A stretch of DNA of 64,000 bases from Candidatus Undinarchaeota archaeon (lineage in GTDB: Archaea > SpSt-1190 > JASMDC01). The translations under genes and the position numbers were made by a program. The DNA lies in the NCBI GenBank assembly GCA_964519305.1, contig CAZFHY010000005.1, positions 1-64,000 on the forward strand. The letters run 5' to 3'. Under the pieces are notes generated by a model. The model had not been told where the DNA came from. It saw only the letters and a program-made list of their open reading frames with translations, and did no database searches. Shown in pieces: positions 56,866-64,000 of the stretch; positions within the stretch are counted from its first letter, which is position 1, and the number at the start of each line of letters is the position of its first letter.

Positions 56866-58764
56866 ATGGGCACGTTCCGGGACCTGCGCGCGCTGGTGGC
56901 CCTCGAGCACCTTCACAACCGCGGCGAGCGGTCATTGGCATCCTTGGGTGCCGTTCTCCTGGTGCTCGGCGCACTCGCTGTGCTCCCGATGGTCGTGGGC
57001 AGGGGACCTCTCATCTCGCAGGAGAGGTTCGCGGTCCTCGTGCTCGCGAACGGCCCCTCGTCCTTCGAGGACATGCTCGTCAGGGACGGCAGGTTCGCCG
57101 TCCATCGTGCTCCTGGAAATTCCCTTGAGGAAGTTCATTTAGGATCGTACGATGCGGCCATCCGCATCCAGACCGAGTTGGATGCCGCCGCGTTCAGTCG
57201 GGACCTCACAATCGGTATGAAGGTGGCAGAACGTCCCTCGTCAATCCCGCTGGTATCTGCTGTACGCGAGCTGGCAGCCCTGTACTCCGAGGGCGTTCTG
57301 CGTGCAAGTCTGGAGGTGCACGGACTCGACCGCTCGGACGTTGCACCACCGGCCCGGCTGGTGGTCGAACCATCCCGGGCATTGGGAACCCCAGGAGGTC
57401 CGGGCAACCCTTTGAAATCAGCACGGGAGGTGCTTGGAGCTCCCTCGTTGGGCGACACCCTCACCGCTGCTGCTAACGATGTGAAGGTGGACGACTACAC
57501 ACAGCTTGATGAGATGGGTGCAGAGGCACCGGCGGGCGCCCTCGACCATTTGCGTGAACAACTGTCCACCGGGACAGAGGGTGCTGACGATTCGGGTGTC
57601 CCCTGGGAGACGACTCCGCTAAGGCGGTACCTGATCCCCACCCTCCTGCTCCTCCCGGCTTTCGTGCTCTCCTCCGCCCTCTCACAAAGCGTGGCCCGGG
57701 AGAAGGCAAGGCGCTCGGGAGAAGTGCTTCTCTCCTGTCCGGTGTCACCCTCCCTCGTGCTCATTGCCAAGGCGGTCTACTATCTCGCCCCATCTCTGGG
57801 CCTGGCCGCTCTTCTACTTGTGATCTCATCCCCCGGCATCGGAGCTGGAGCGCTGGCAGCTGCAGCGCTCGCTGTTGCGGGGATCCATGTACTCGTGTTC
57901 TCGGTTGACCTTGCGATAGGTGTGTGGTTCACCCGCCTCAGTGAACTCATGTCCGCTCTTGTTGTCGTTCATATGGGCCTAGTAATGCTCATCTTCGTAC
58001 CCGCCGCAGCTCCTGCCATATCGCCGATCCATGACCTTTCCCCTCTCACGCTCCTGGCCGACGTGCTTGAGGGCGCCCCTGTGGAAGGATACCGGCTCGC
58101 ATTCGCGCTGGCAATTCCCGGCATGCTGGTGCTCGCGGCCCTTCCTCTGGCCCTCGTGCTCTTTGGCGGTAGCGCCCTATCGGGCACTCCCTCGCTCTCC
58201 GAGGAGATTGCCTTCACCCTCTGGAGGAGCACGGTCCATCACGGCCGATGGACCCTTTACCTTGCAGGATTCCTCTCCCAGGCAGTGGGCGTGGCCGCGT
58301 CCCTGATAGCGCAGCTGGCGCTCATGTTGATGCTGTTCGTGTTCCGCTCGTACGTTGCATTCCTAGTCTGCCTCCTGGCGTGGGTGACCATCGAGGAGGT
58401 GTCCAAGGTATACATAGGGTGGAGCCTGCGTCAACGGTACGACCTGGACGTTGGCGGGAAGAGGACTATCGTCACGGTGTGCATCATATCCGCCCTGGGC
58501 TTCTGGTGTTTCGAGCTTGTCACTAAGATCGTGTTCCTCTTACCGGCGATCTCCTCCGCTGGCGGGCTCATTGCGGTGGGGGCCGCTGGGATGCTGGGCG
58601 GGTACATGCGTCTCCTTGCTTTATCATCAGTAGCCCACATCGTGCTGACGTCCATCGCCGCCATCGGAGTCGTCCAGGGCACGAAACAGGCCTTTGTAGG
58701 CTACATCGCCGCCTCATCACTCCTGCACCTGGTGTTCAACATGTGGGTGCTGGGCGGCATCTGA
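56866..58764 (+). CDS. ABC-2 type permease fused to a PrsW-like intramembrane protease domain
   Basis: REKARRSGEVLLSCP permease motif; C-terminal IEEVSK, E, AH and LHLVFN PrsW-like motifs. Confidence 0.7.
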   Translation: MGTFRDLRALVALEHLHNRGERSLASLGAVLLVLGALAVLPMVVGRGPLISQERFAVLVLANGPSSFEDMLVRDGRFAVHRAPGNSLEEVHLGSYDAAIRIQTELDAAAFSRDLTIGMKVAERPSSIPLVSAVRELAALYSEGVLRASLEVHGLDRSDVAPPARLVVEPSRALGTPGGPGNPLKSAREVLGAPSLGDTLTAAANDVKVDDYTQLDEMGAEAPAGALDHLREQLSTGTEGADDSGVPWETTPLRRYLIPTLLLLPAFVLSSALSQSVAREKARRSGEVLLSCPVSPSLVLIAKAVYYLAPSLGLAALLLVISSPGIGAGALAAAALAVAGIHVLVFSVDLAIGVWFTRLSELMSALVVVHMGLVMLIFVPAAAPAISPIHDLSPLTLLADVLEGAPVEGYRLAFALAIPGMLVLAALPLALVLFGGSALSGTPSLSEEIAFTLWRSTVHHGRWTLYLAGFLSQAVGVAASLIAQLALMLMLFVFRSYVAFLVCLLAWVTIEEVSKVYIGWSLRQRYDLDVGGKRTIVTVCIISALGFWCFELVTKIVFLLPAISSAGGLIAVGAAGMLGGYMRLLALSSVAHIVLTSIAAIGVVQGTKQAFVGYIAASSLLHLVFNMWVLGGI

Positions 58765-58932
58765 AGCACGCTTAACATCCGGCGGATTATTACGTCATAT
58801 AAGACCCGGAAAAGGTCATCTCGCCTTTTCTAGGCCTAAACATGATTAATTAGGCGATTTAATGTTCAAGGGTTACAATTTAGCCTATTTATTGAGAAAA
58901 ATGTCGAGATTGCCCTTCCCCTCACCACAAAC

Positions 58933-58940
58933 TATAAATA
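58933..58940 (+). promoter_or_regulatory. Putative TATA box upstream of a structured leader
   Basis: TATAAATA about 22-29 nt before the hairpin starting at 58961. Confidence 0.55.
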
Positions 58941-59034
58941 GTAGAGTTTTCCCCTTCCCCCGGGATGTCCCGCCGCGTCCCCCGAATAGGGGATGTGTGA
59001 TCAGGACGTCTCGTGTAAAGGAGTAAGAGAAATC

Positions 59035-59274
59035 ATGGATGGATATGCGACACAGGAGAAGGTTCAGTGCCCTTCCTGCGGGGCCCTCGGAACCCCTGAG
59101 ATGGTCGTCGGAAAGACCGAGGTGAACAAGCGCGGTGTGCGCGAGATCCACAATGTGGTCCGTTGCACTTGCGGCAAGGTCTATCGAGGAAAGGTCATCA
59201 AGAGCATCAAGTTCACTGACCGTCCCAGAGGCCCTCCCGGTAGAGGCCCTTCTCGTGGCCCGCCTCGACGATGA
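59035..59274 (+). CDS. Small basic zinc-finger protein with RGP-rich tail
   Basis: CPSCG...CTCG; tail RPRGPPGRGPSRGPPRR; AAGGAG SD. Confidence 0.7.
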   Translation: MDGYATQEKVQCPSCGALGTPEMVVGKTEVNKRGVREIHNVVRCTCGKVYRGKVIKSIKFTDRPRGPPGRGPSRGPPRR

Positions 59275-59629
59275 TCACCTAACTACCCGTTGTTAGAACC
59301 TAATCGATCAAGAGGTAGCGGGCCTAGGGGAGCCCGTGCTATTCTAACATAGCAAATCTTGGACCGGTCCGTTCCATCCCGATTGATGAACAGATTCCAA
59401 GTTCGGGCATAGAAATGATGTGTTGAACATTATCGATATAAATTGTGCGCATTTCACCCCAATACGGCTTAAACCCATAAATATACGGATTGGAAAGGTC
59501 ATAAGAGTAATCCGCGGTCATCTACGGTAATGGCGGGCATCCCCCGGGATTAAAACAACCAGTCCGGAATCGTTCTAGATAAGTCATTTAATAAATGAAC
59601 TCCAAGTTGATTATTGACGAACCCAGGAC

Positions 59630-60376
59630 ATGGAGATGTATGCTATGAGAATCCGATTGAAGCGACTTGTGCGGTCCAAGCGCGGTGTGACACCTGTTAT
59701 TGCCATTATTCTGTTGCTCATGATGACGGTAGCAGCAGCAGGTGCTGCCTATCTATGGATCACTAAGATTCAGAAGACAATCACTACACAGGCTGAGAAG
59801 CAGATCATGACCAGCTTCCAGCAGGGAACACTGCAGGTCATCTCTGCCTATGCGTGTGAATCGAACTGCACGACCAACGGTGAAAGGGGCTGTGACGACA
59901 GGTCCAAGGTCAGTGGTGAAGTGTTCAAATACCATGGTAATGCCCCCGAGTCGACGTGGGGTGGAAACCTGACGGACGAGGGATGTTCGCTTGGAGGCGC
60001 ATTGTGCCTTCTTGTACGCAATACAGGGAACACAGTGGTACGCATGACCGATCTCGGATCGGCTCAGGTAGTCTACGAGCTGCCCGAGGCGCCCGAACTC
60101 GGTGAGCGCCCGCTGATGAGCAAGACCATCGGTGCGACCTTCAGCAGTGGCGGCTCGGACATGTGCTGCAAGTTCTCAGAGATCGCCGGCGAGGGTAAGT
60201 GCGGAAACCAGAAGTCTGTGGCCAGCCGCGAGACATTCATCCTTAGCTTCTTCGGGAAGTTCAAGACCGCGAATGGCGAGTCTCGGAGGATGTGGTACAG
60301 CGACGTGAAGGACCAGCGTATCATCGTGGGTCTGAACCTGCCCAGCGGGTTCAAGGTATCGCACCAGGTCGTGTGA
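59630..60376 (+). CDS. Archaeal type IV pilin/archaellin-like protein (PibD/FlaK-type class III signal)
   Basis: KRG|VTPVIAIILLLMMTVAAAGAAYLWI; VRNTG motif; several Cys. Confidence 0.88.
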   Translation: MEMYAMRIRLKRLVRSKRGVTPVIAIILLLMMTVAAAGAAYLWITKIQKTITTQAEKQIMTSFQQGTLQVISAYACESNCTTNGERGCDDRSKVSGEVFKYHGNAPESTWGGNLTDEGCSLGGALCLLVRNTGNTVVRMTDLGSAQVVYELPEAPELGERPLMSKTIGATFSSGGSDMCCKFSEIAGEGKCGNQKSVASRETFILSFFGKFKTANGESRRMWYSDVKDQRIIVGLNLPSGFKVSHQVV

Positions 60377-60404
60377 TCCGGGCGTCAATTGGAAGGGCGG
60401 AGGC

Positions 60405-61244
60405 CTAGGCCCCGCCCTTCCTGAACGCCGCTGCTGCGCAGTAACCAACCGTGTATTGTCCGATCATTTTCTGGCCGGTGACCTCGGCTGAGTTGGTATA
60501 GCTCAGCACATCGATGGCGTCGGCCCCAAGCTCCTTGGCGGCAGTGAGCGCTGCCATGATAGGAACCCTGCCGCACACCGAGCAGTCGCGGGGCGATAGC
60601 ACCTTCTTTATACGTTCCAGGTCAAATGTAGCAAGGGCATCGGTAACAGTCTTGTCGCGTGTCGCCACCTCCTCGAAGTCCTCGATGTGATGGAGGTCGG
60701 AGCTGGCCACGATGAGGGCATTGCGATCACCGAGCACCTTAGCTAGGACCTTGCCCAGTTCGGCGCCATCGTCCAGGGAGCTCGTACCGAGCATTACCGG
60801 GAGGATAGGGATGTTCCCGAGGACATACTGGAGAAGGGGCAATTGTATCTCGAGCGAGTGCTCGCCGTCGTACCCCGAGCGGTTGATGGGAATCTCTTTC
60901 TCCAGTGCTTCGACAAGTTCCCGGTCAACGGGGACCTCCCCCAAGGGCGTCTCGTATGCCCGGGACTTGGTCACCACATATTTCCCGAGAGGGAGCCTGT
61001 GGAGGGGCGATAGTATCACGATGGCATCATAGCTCTTCCCCTTCAGCGTGTGATAGGCATAGGCGGCCGTGGGTCCTGAGAAGGAATAACCAGCGTGTGG
61101 GCTGATGAGGGCGATCGGGTCCTTTACCTTTCCTTCTTTCGTATCAACGTCTTCGAAGTACTCATCGAGCGTCGCTCGCAGACCCTTCTCTGAACCGGGG
61201 TACCACGAACCGGCGATGACCGAACGTCTGACCTCTTCTGCCAT
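60405..61244 (-). CDS. amrB: AmmeMemoRadiSam system protein B (MEMO1 family)
   Basis: AGSWYP, SPHAGYSFSG, EHSLEIQLP, SSDLHH, CG, VGY. Confidence 0.92.
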   Translation of the reverse strand: MAEEVRRSVIAGSWYPGSEKGLRATLDEYFEDVDTKEGKVKDPIALISPHAGYSFSGPTAAYAYHTLKGKSYDAIVILSPLHRLPLGKYVVTKSRAYETPLGEVPVDRELVEALEKEIPINRSGYDGEHSLEIQLPLLQYVLGNIPILPVMLGTSSLDDGAELGKVLAKVLGDRNALIVASSDLHHIEDFEEVATRDKTVTDALATFDLERIKKVLSPRDCSVCGRVPIMAALTAAKELGADAIDVLSYTNSAEVTGQKMIGQYTVGYCAAAAFRKGGA

Positions 61245-61405
61245 AGCGAATCCCTACTCAGGAGGGTACGGGTCCAAGCTTGAAAAAGATTGGTATCGGC
61301 CTGGACGCGTTCCCCCTTTGTTAATCTCGCGATATCGATGGTTTGAAGAAATGGACCTGAAGCTTGCTTTAGTACCTCTGACACCCTCGTTCCATCTGTT
61401 CACGA

Positions 61406-61945
61406 TCACTTCTCGCTGGGCAGCAGGTCCTCGCGCGTGAGCACTGAGAGTACCGGAGCACCCATGTCACCGAGGTTCTCCAGACCACCCTCCTTGCGGT
61501 CGACAAGGACGAGTACGCCTGCGATCTCGAGCCCCTCTTCCACGAGGGTGTCCACGGCCTCGCGGAGGCTACCGCCCGTGGTGAGGACGTCGTCCACGAC
61601 CAGGACACGCTCGCCAACGACGCCTTCCACTCTCTTACGGGTGCCGTGCTTCTTGGCCTCCTTGCGGAGATATCCGAAGGGGACGTCCAAGCGCTGACTG
61701 AGCAGCACTGCCGGCGGGACGCCTCCTAGGGGCACACCCACCACGGCATCGAACCGCAGTCCTGCGTCCTGGATGAGCCCTGCACCAAGGTCGGCGAACG
61801 ATGCGGCTATGTCGGGGAAGGACTGGCCCCTACGCAGGTCGATGTAGTAGGAGCTCGTCCGACCGGAGCTGAGGGTGAACTCCCCGAATAACAGTGCCTC
61901 GCGCTCCTGAAGGAGACCGACCAGACGCTCTCGTGTGCAGGCCAT
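61406..61945 (-). CDS. pyrE: Orotate phosphoribosyltransferase
   Basis: FTLSSGRTSSYYID, RKEAKKHG, VVDDVLTTGGS. Confidence 0.95.
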   Translation of the reverse strand: MACTRERLVGLLQEREALLFGEFTLSSGRTSSYYIDLRRGQSFPDIAASFADLGAGLIQDAGLRFDAVVGVPLGGVPPAVLLSQRLDVPFGYLRKEAKKHGTRKRVEGVVGERVLVVDDVLTTGGSLREAVDTLVEEGLEIAGVLVLVDRKEGGLENLGDMGAPVLSVLTREDLLPSEK

Positions 61946-62643
61946 CAGACCATCTCCGCGAGCCGTCGCGCTGCAGCCTTCGGATCGTCGGCACCGTAGA
62001 TGGAGCGGCCCACGATGAGGGCGTCGGCACCGGCCTCCAACGTATCCTGCGCCTTTCCACCCTGGGCACCCACGCCAGGGGAGAGTATCAGCGTGTTCTC
62101 GCCCACGGTACGCCGGATGGCCGCCACCTCCTCGGTGCGTGTTGCCGGGGCTATGACGCCGTCCACTTCCAGATCCCTGGCGAACCGCGCCGTGTCCTCA
62201 TAGGGAGGCATGAACTCCTTCGCACCGGGATGGGACATGCTTGTCACGAGTATGACGCCCCGCTCATGGCGGGATGCAGCTTCGAGCACTGCGTCAAGCG
62301 CCCCCTGTCTACCCACGACGCTGTGAGCGATGAGGGCATCGAACCCGACATCGTACATGATCTCGCATATCTTCGCGTTGGTGGCGTCGATGTCAGCGAT
62401 CTTGAAATCACCGATGAAGGGAAGGTCATAACGTTCGATCATCCGTCGGACCACCTCCCTGCCCACAGATAGGAAAAGTGGATAGTTCACCTTCACGGCG
62501 GCCAGGTGTGGATGGACCGCGTCCAGCACTCGATAGGCCTCTTGCTCGTCGAGCACATCCAGGGCGAGCACCACCCGGCTGCCTCGTTCCCGTATCGATT
62601 CACGCATTCTTCGTCCGAAGTTACTCGAGTAGTCCTTTGACAT
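61945..62643 (-). CDS. pyrF: Orotidine-5'-phosphate decarboxylase
   Basis: LALD, DFKIADIDAT, MSHPG, PGVGAQGG, VGRSIY. Confidence 0.95.
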   Translation of the reverse strand: MSKDYSSNFGRRMRESIRERGSRVVLALDVLDEQEAYRVLDAVHPHLAAVKVNYPLFLSVGREVVRRMIERYDLPFIGDFKIADIDATNAKICEIMYDVGFDALIAHSVVGRQGALDAVLEAASRHERGVILVTSMSHPGAKEFMPPYEDTARFARDLEVDGVIAPATRTEEVAAIRRTVGENTLILSPGVGAQGGKAQDTLEAGADALIVGRSIYGADDPKAAARRLAEMV

Positions 62644-63823
62644 TTCTTCCGCCTCCCGATGACGTTATATGACCATGAAGATAGACGACCTCCCCGCGTC
62701 GGACGGTGGCCAGCACCGATCCGGCGGTCCTGTGGCCGTCGAAGGGCGTCGAACGAGCCATGGTGTACAGGTCCTCCGCCCGGACCCGCCCCTCTTCCTT
62801 GCGCACCACGACTACGTCAGCAAAGCTCCCCTCGCGCAGGACCCCCTTGGCAGGATAGAGCCCGAGGAGCCGGGCGGGGTTCTCGGAGGTCAGACGCGCT
62901 AGCAGAGCCAGTGGCAGCCTCCGCTGGAGGAACGCTGTAAAGAGGAGAGGAAGCATGGTGGGGGCCCCGGGGATACCGCAGGGAGGATCGTCGCCCTCCT
63001 TCTCGGCCCGTGAATGTGGAGCATGGTCCGAACCTATGGTCGTCACCGTGCCATCGGCCACTCCGTGCCACAGAGCGCTCAGGTCAGGAGAGCGTCTGAG
63101 AGGGGGCCGGACCCGATAGAGGGGATCGTCGGTCTTCTTTGTGAGCAGTAGGTGGTGCGGAGTTACCTCGCACGTGGTCCCGGGATGGTCGCGGACGGCG
63201 TCCAGAGCGGCCGCTGTTGAGATATGGCAGAGGTGGACAGGATTGGAGAGCTCGCGACGGCGCAGGTCCGTCAGAAGGTCGGGTAGGCATTCGCGTTCCC
63301 CCTCGTCGGTCTGGTCGGACTCGGCGTGGAACATCAGCAGGCTCTCCGGTGGCGGCGGTGTATCGAGCATCGCCGCAGTCCCGTGCTGATAGCAGAACAG
63401 TTCTCCAAAAGCTGGGACATCAGGCGGGGGCCCTCCATGGAACGGTAAGGCAGGATTGATGAGGAAATCTACACGACTTGAGTTGGCCGCAGCGACCTCA
63501 CGCGCCTCGAGCGCTTCGATAGAGTCTGTGGGGGGATCGTTGTTGGGCATGTCCACAGCGGTCGTGATGCCGCCCTGAGCACATGCGGCGCTGCCGGTGG
63601 CGAAGGTCTCCTTGTGTGCAAGACCTCCATCCCGCAGGTGGACGTGGAGGTCGACAAGACCGGGGAGCAGGATACATTCCCGGGCATCTATCGCGCGGTC
63701 GGCAGGCAGTGATTGCCGTGCTATGCGGGCGATCCTACCATCACGTGTGTACAGGTCAGCTCGTACGAGGCGACCACCCATCAGACAGCGCCCTCCGATT
63801 ATGGCGAGGTCGTACGACTCCAT
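62621..63823 (-). CDS. pyrC: Dihydroorotase
   Basis: PGLVDLHVHLRD, DMPN, HAE, HLCHIS, EVTPHHL, GSDHAPH; lies in the pyr operon. Confidence 0.88.
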   Translation of the reverse strand: MESYDLAIIGGRCLMGGRLVRADLYTRDGRIARIARQSLPADRAIDARECILLPGLVDLHVHLRDGGLAHKETFATGSAACAQGGITTAVDMPNNDPPTDSIEALEAREVAAANSSRVDFLINPALPFHGGPPPDVPAFGELFCYQHGTAAMLDTPPPPESLLMFHAESDQTDEGERECLPDLLTDLRRRELSNPVHLCHISTAAALDAVRDHPGTTCEVTPHHLLLTKKTDDPLYRVRPPLRRSPDLSALWHGVADGTVTTIGSDHAPHSRAEKEGDDPPCGIPGAPTMLPLLFTAFLQRRLPLALLARLTSENPARLLGLYPAKGVLREGSFADVVVVRKEEGRVRAEDLYTMARSTPFDGHRTAGSVLATVRRGEVVYLHGHITSSGGGRNVKGLLE

Positions 63824-63827
63824 GATG

Positions 63828-64000
63828 TTACACCGGTACCCTCCGCCCAGCACCATCCCGCGTCGTCCGCCCGAACCCGGTACCCTTCAGTCGCTCGCCT
63901 GGGAGCACAGGACCCTCGGTGCATGCACATATATCGCCCACATGACAGGAACCGCACAGCCCCACACCGCACTTCATGTATCGCTCCACGCACAGCTCGC
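63828..64000 (-). CDS. pyrK: Dihydroorotate dehydrogenase electron transfer subunit, C-terminal fragment (not in ORF track)
   Basis: Manual translation ...VERYMKCGVGLCGSCHVGDICACTEGPV...*, the [2Fe-2S] motif of PyrK, directly upstream of pyrC. Confidence 0.85.
   Translation of the reverse strand, partial: ELCVERYMKCGVGLCGSCHVGDICACTEGPVLPGERLKGTGFGRTTRDGAGRRVPV

Overview
A GC-rich (roughly 60% by eye), gene-dense archaeal chromosomal window. Evidence for Archaea: archaeal-type AlaRS, GGTGA Shine-Dalgarno sites, TATA boxes about 25 nt upstream of start codons, and class III signal peptides. A DPANN-like affinity is inferred, not proven. Housekeeping content includes alaS, pyrK(partial)-pyrC-pyrF-pyrE, a GGPP synthase, TyrA, an Hps domain, an fdrA/DUF1116/DUF2877 (AllFGH-like) cluster, transporters and proteases. 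The main feature is a 14.5 kb minus-strand, translationally coupled operon (35754-50259). It encodes six predicted class III signal peptide (type IV pilin-like) proteins, a 1378-aa secreted Cys/Asp-rich protein and its own A24 prepilin peptidase. Four of these proteins share a repeated 'C-x(2-6)-G-x-W-x(3-8)-C' module, which suggests a previously uncharacterised disulfide-rich giant-pilin adhesion system. A complete tnpA-less IS200/IS605 tnpB element (50296-51786) sits in the putative promoter of that operon, and an orphan tnpB 3'-end/omegaRNA remnant lies near 27436-27575. Other oddities: a Tes/GDGT-MAS-like radical SAM near the GGPP synthase, a tandem-duplicated M42 peptidase lacking dimerisation domains, a 1300-aa 13-residue-repeat solenoid, a probably catalytically dead Hjc-like protein, an unannotated 50-aa Cys microprotein, a Cys-rich FKBP lipoprotein, and two candidate structured RNAs. 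No rRNA, tRNA or CRISPR array was recognised. All family calls come from motif recognition by eye; no database searches were run.
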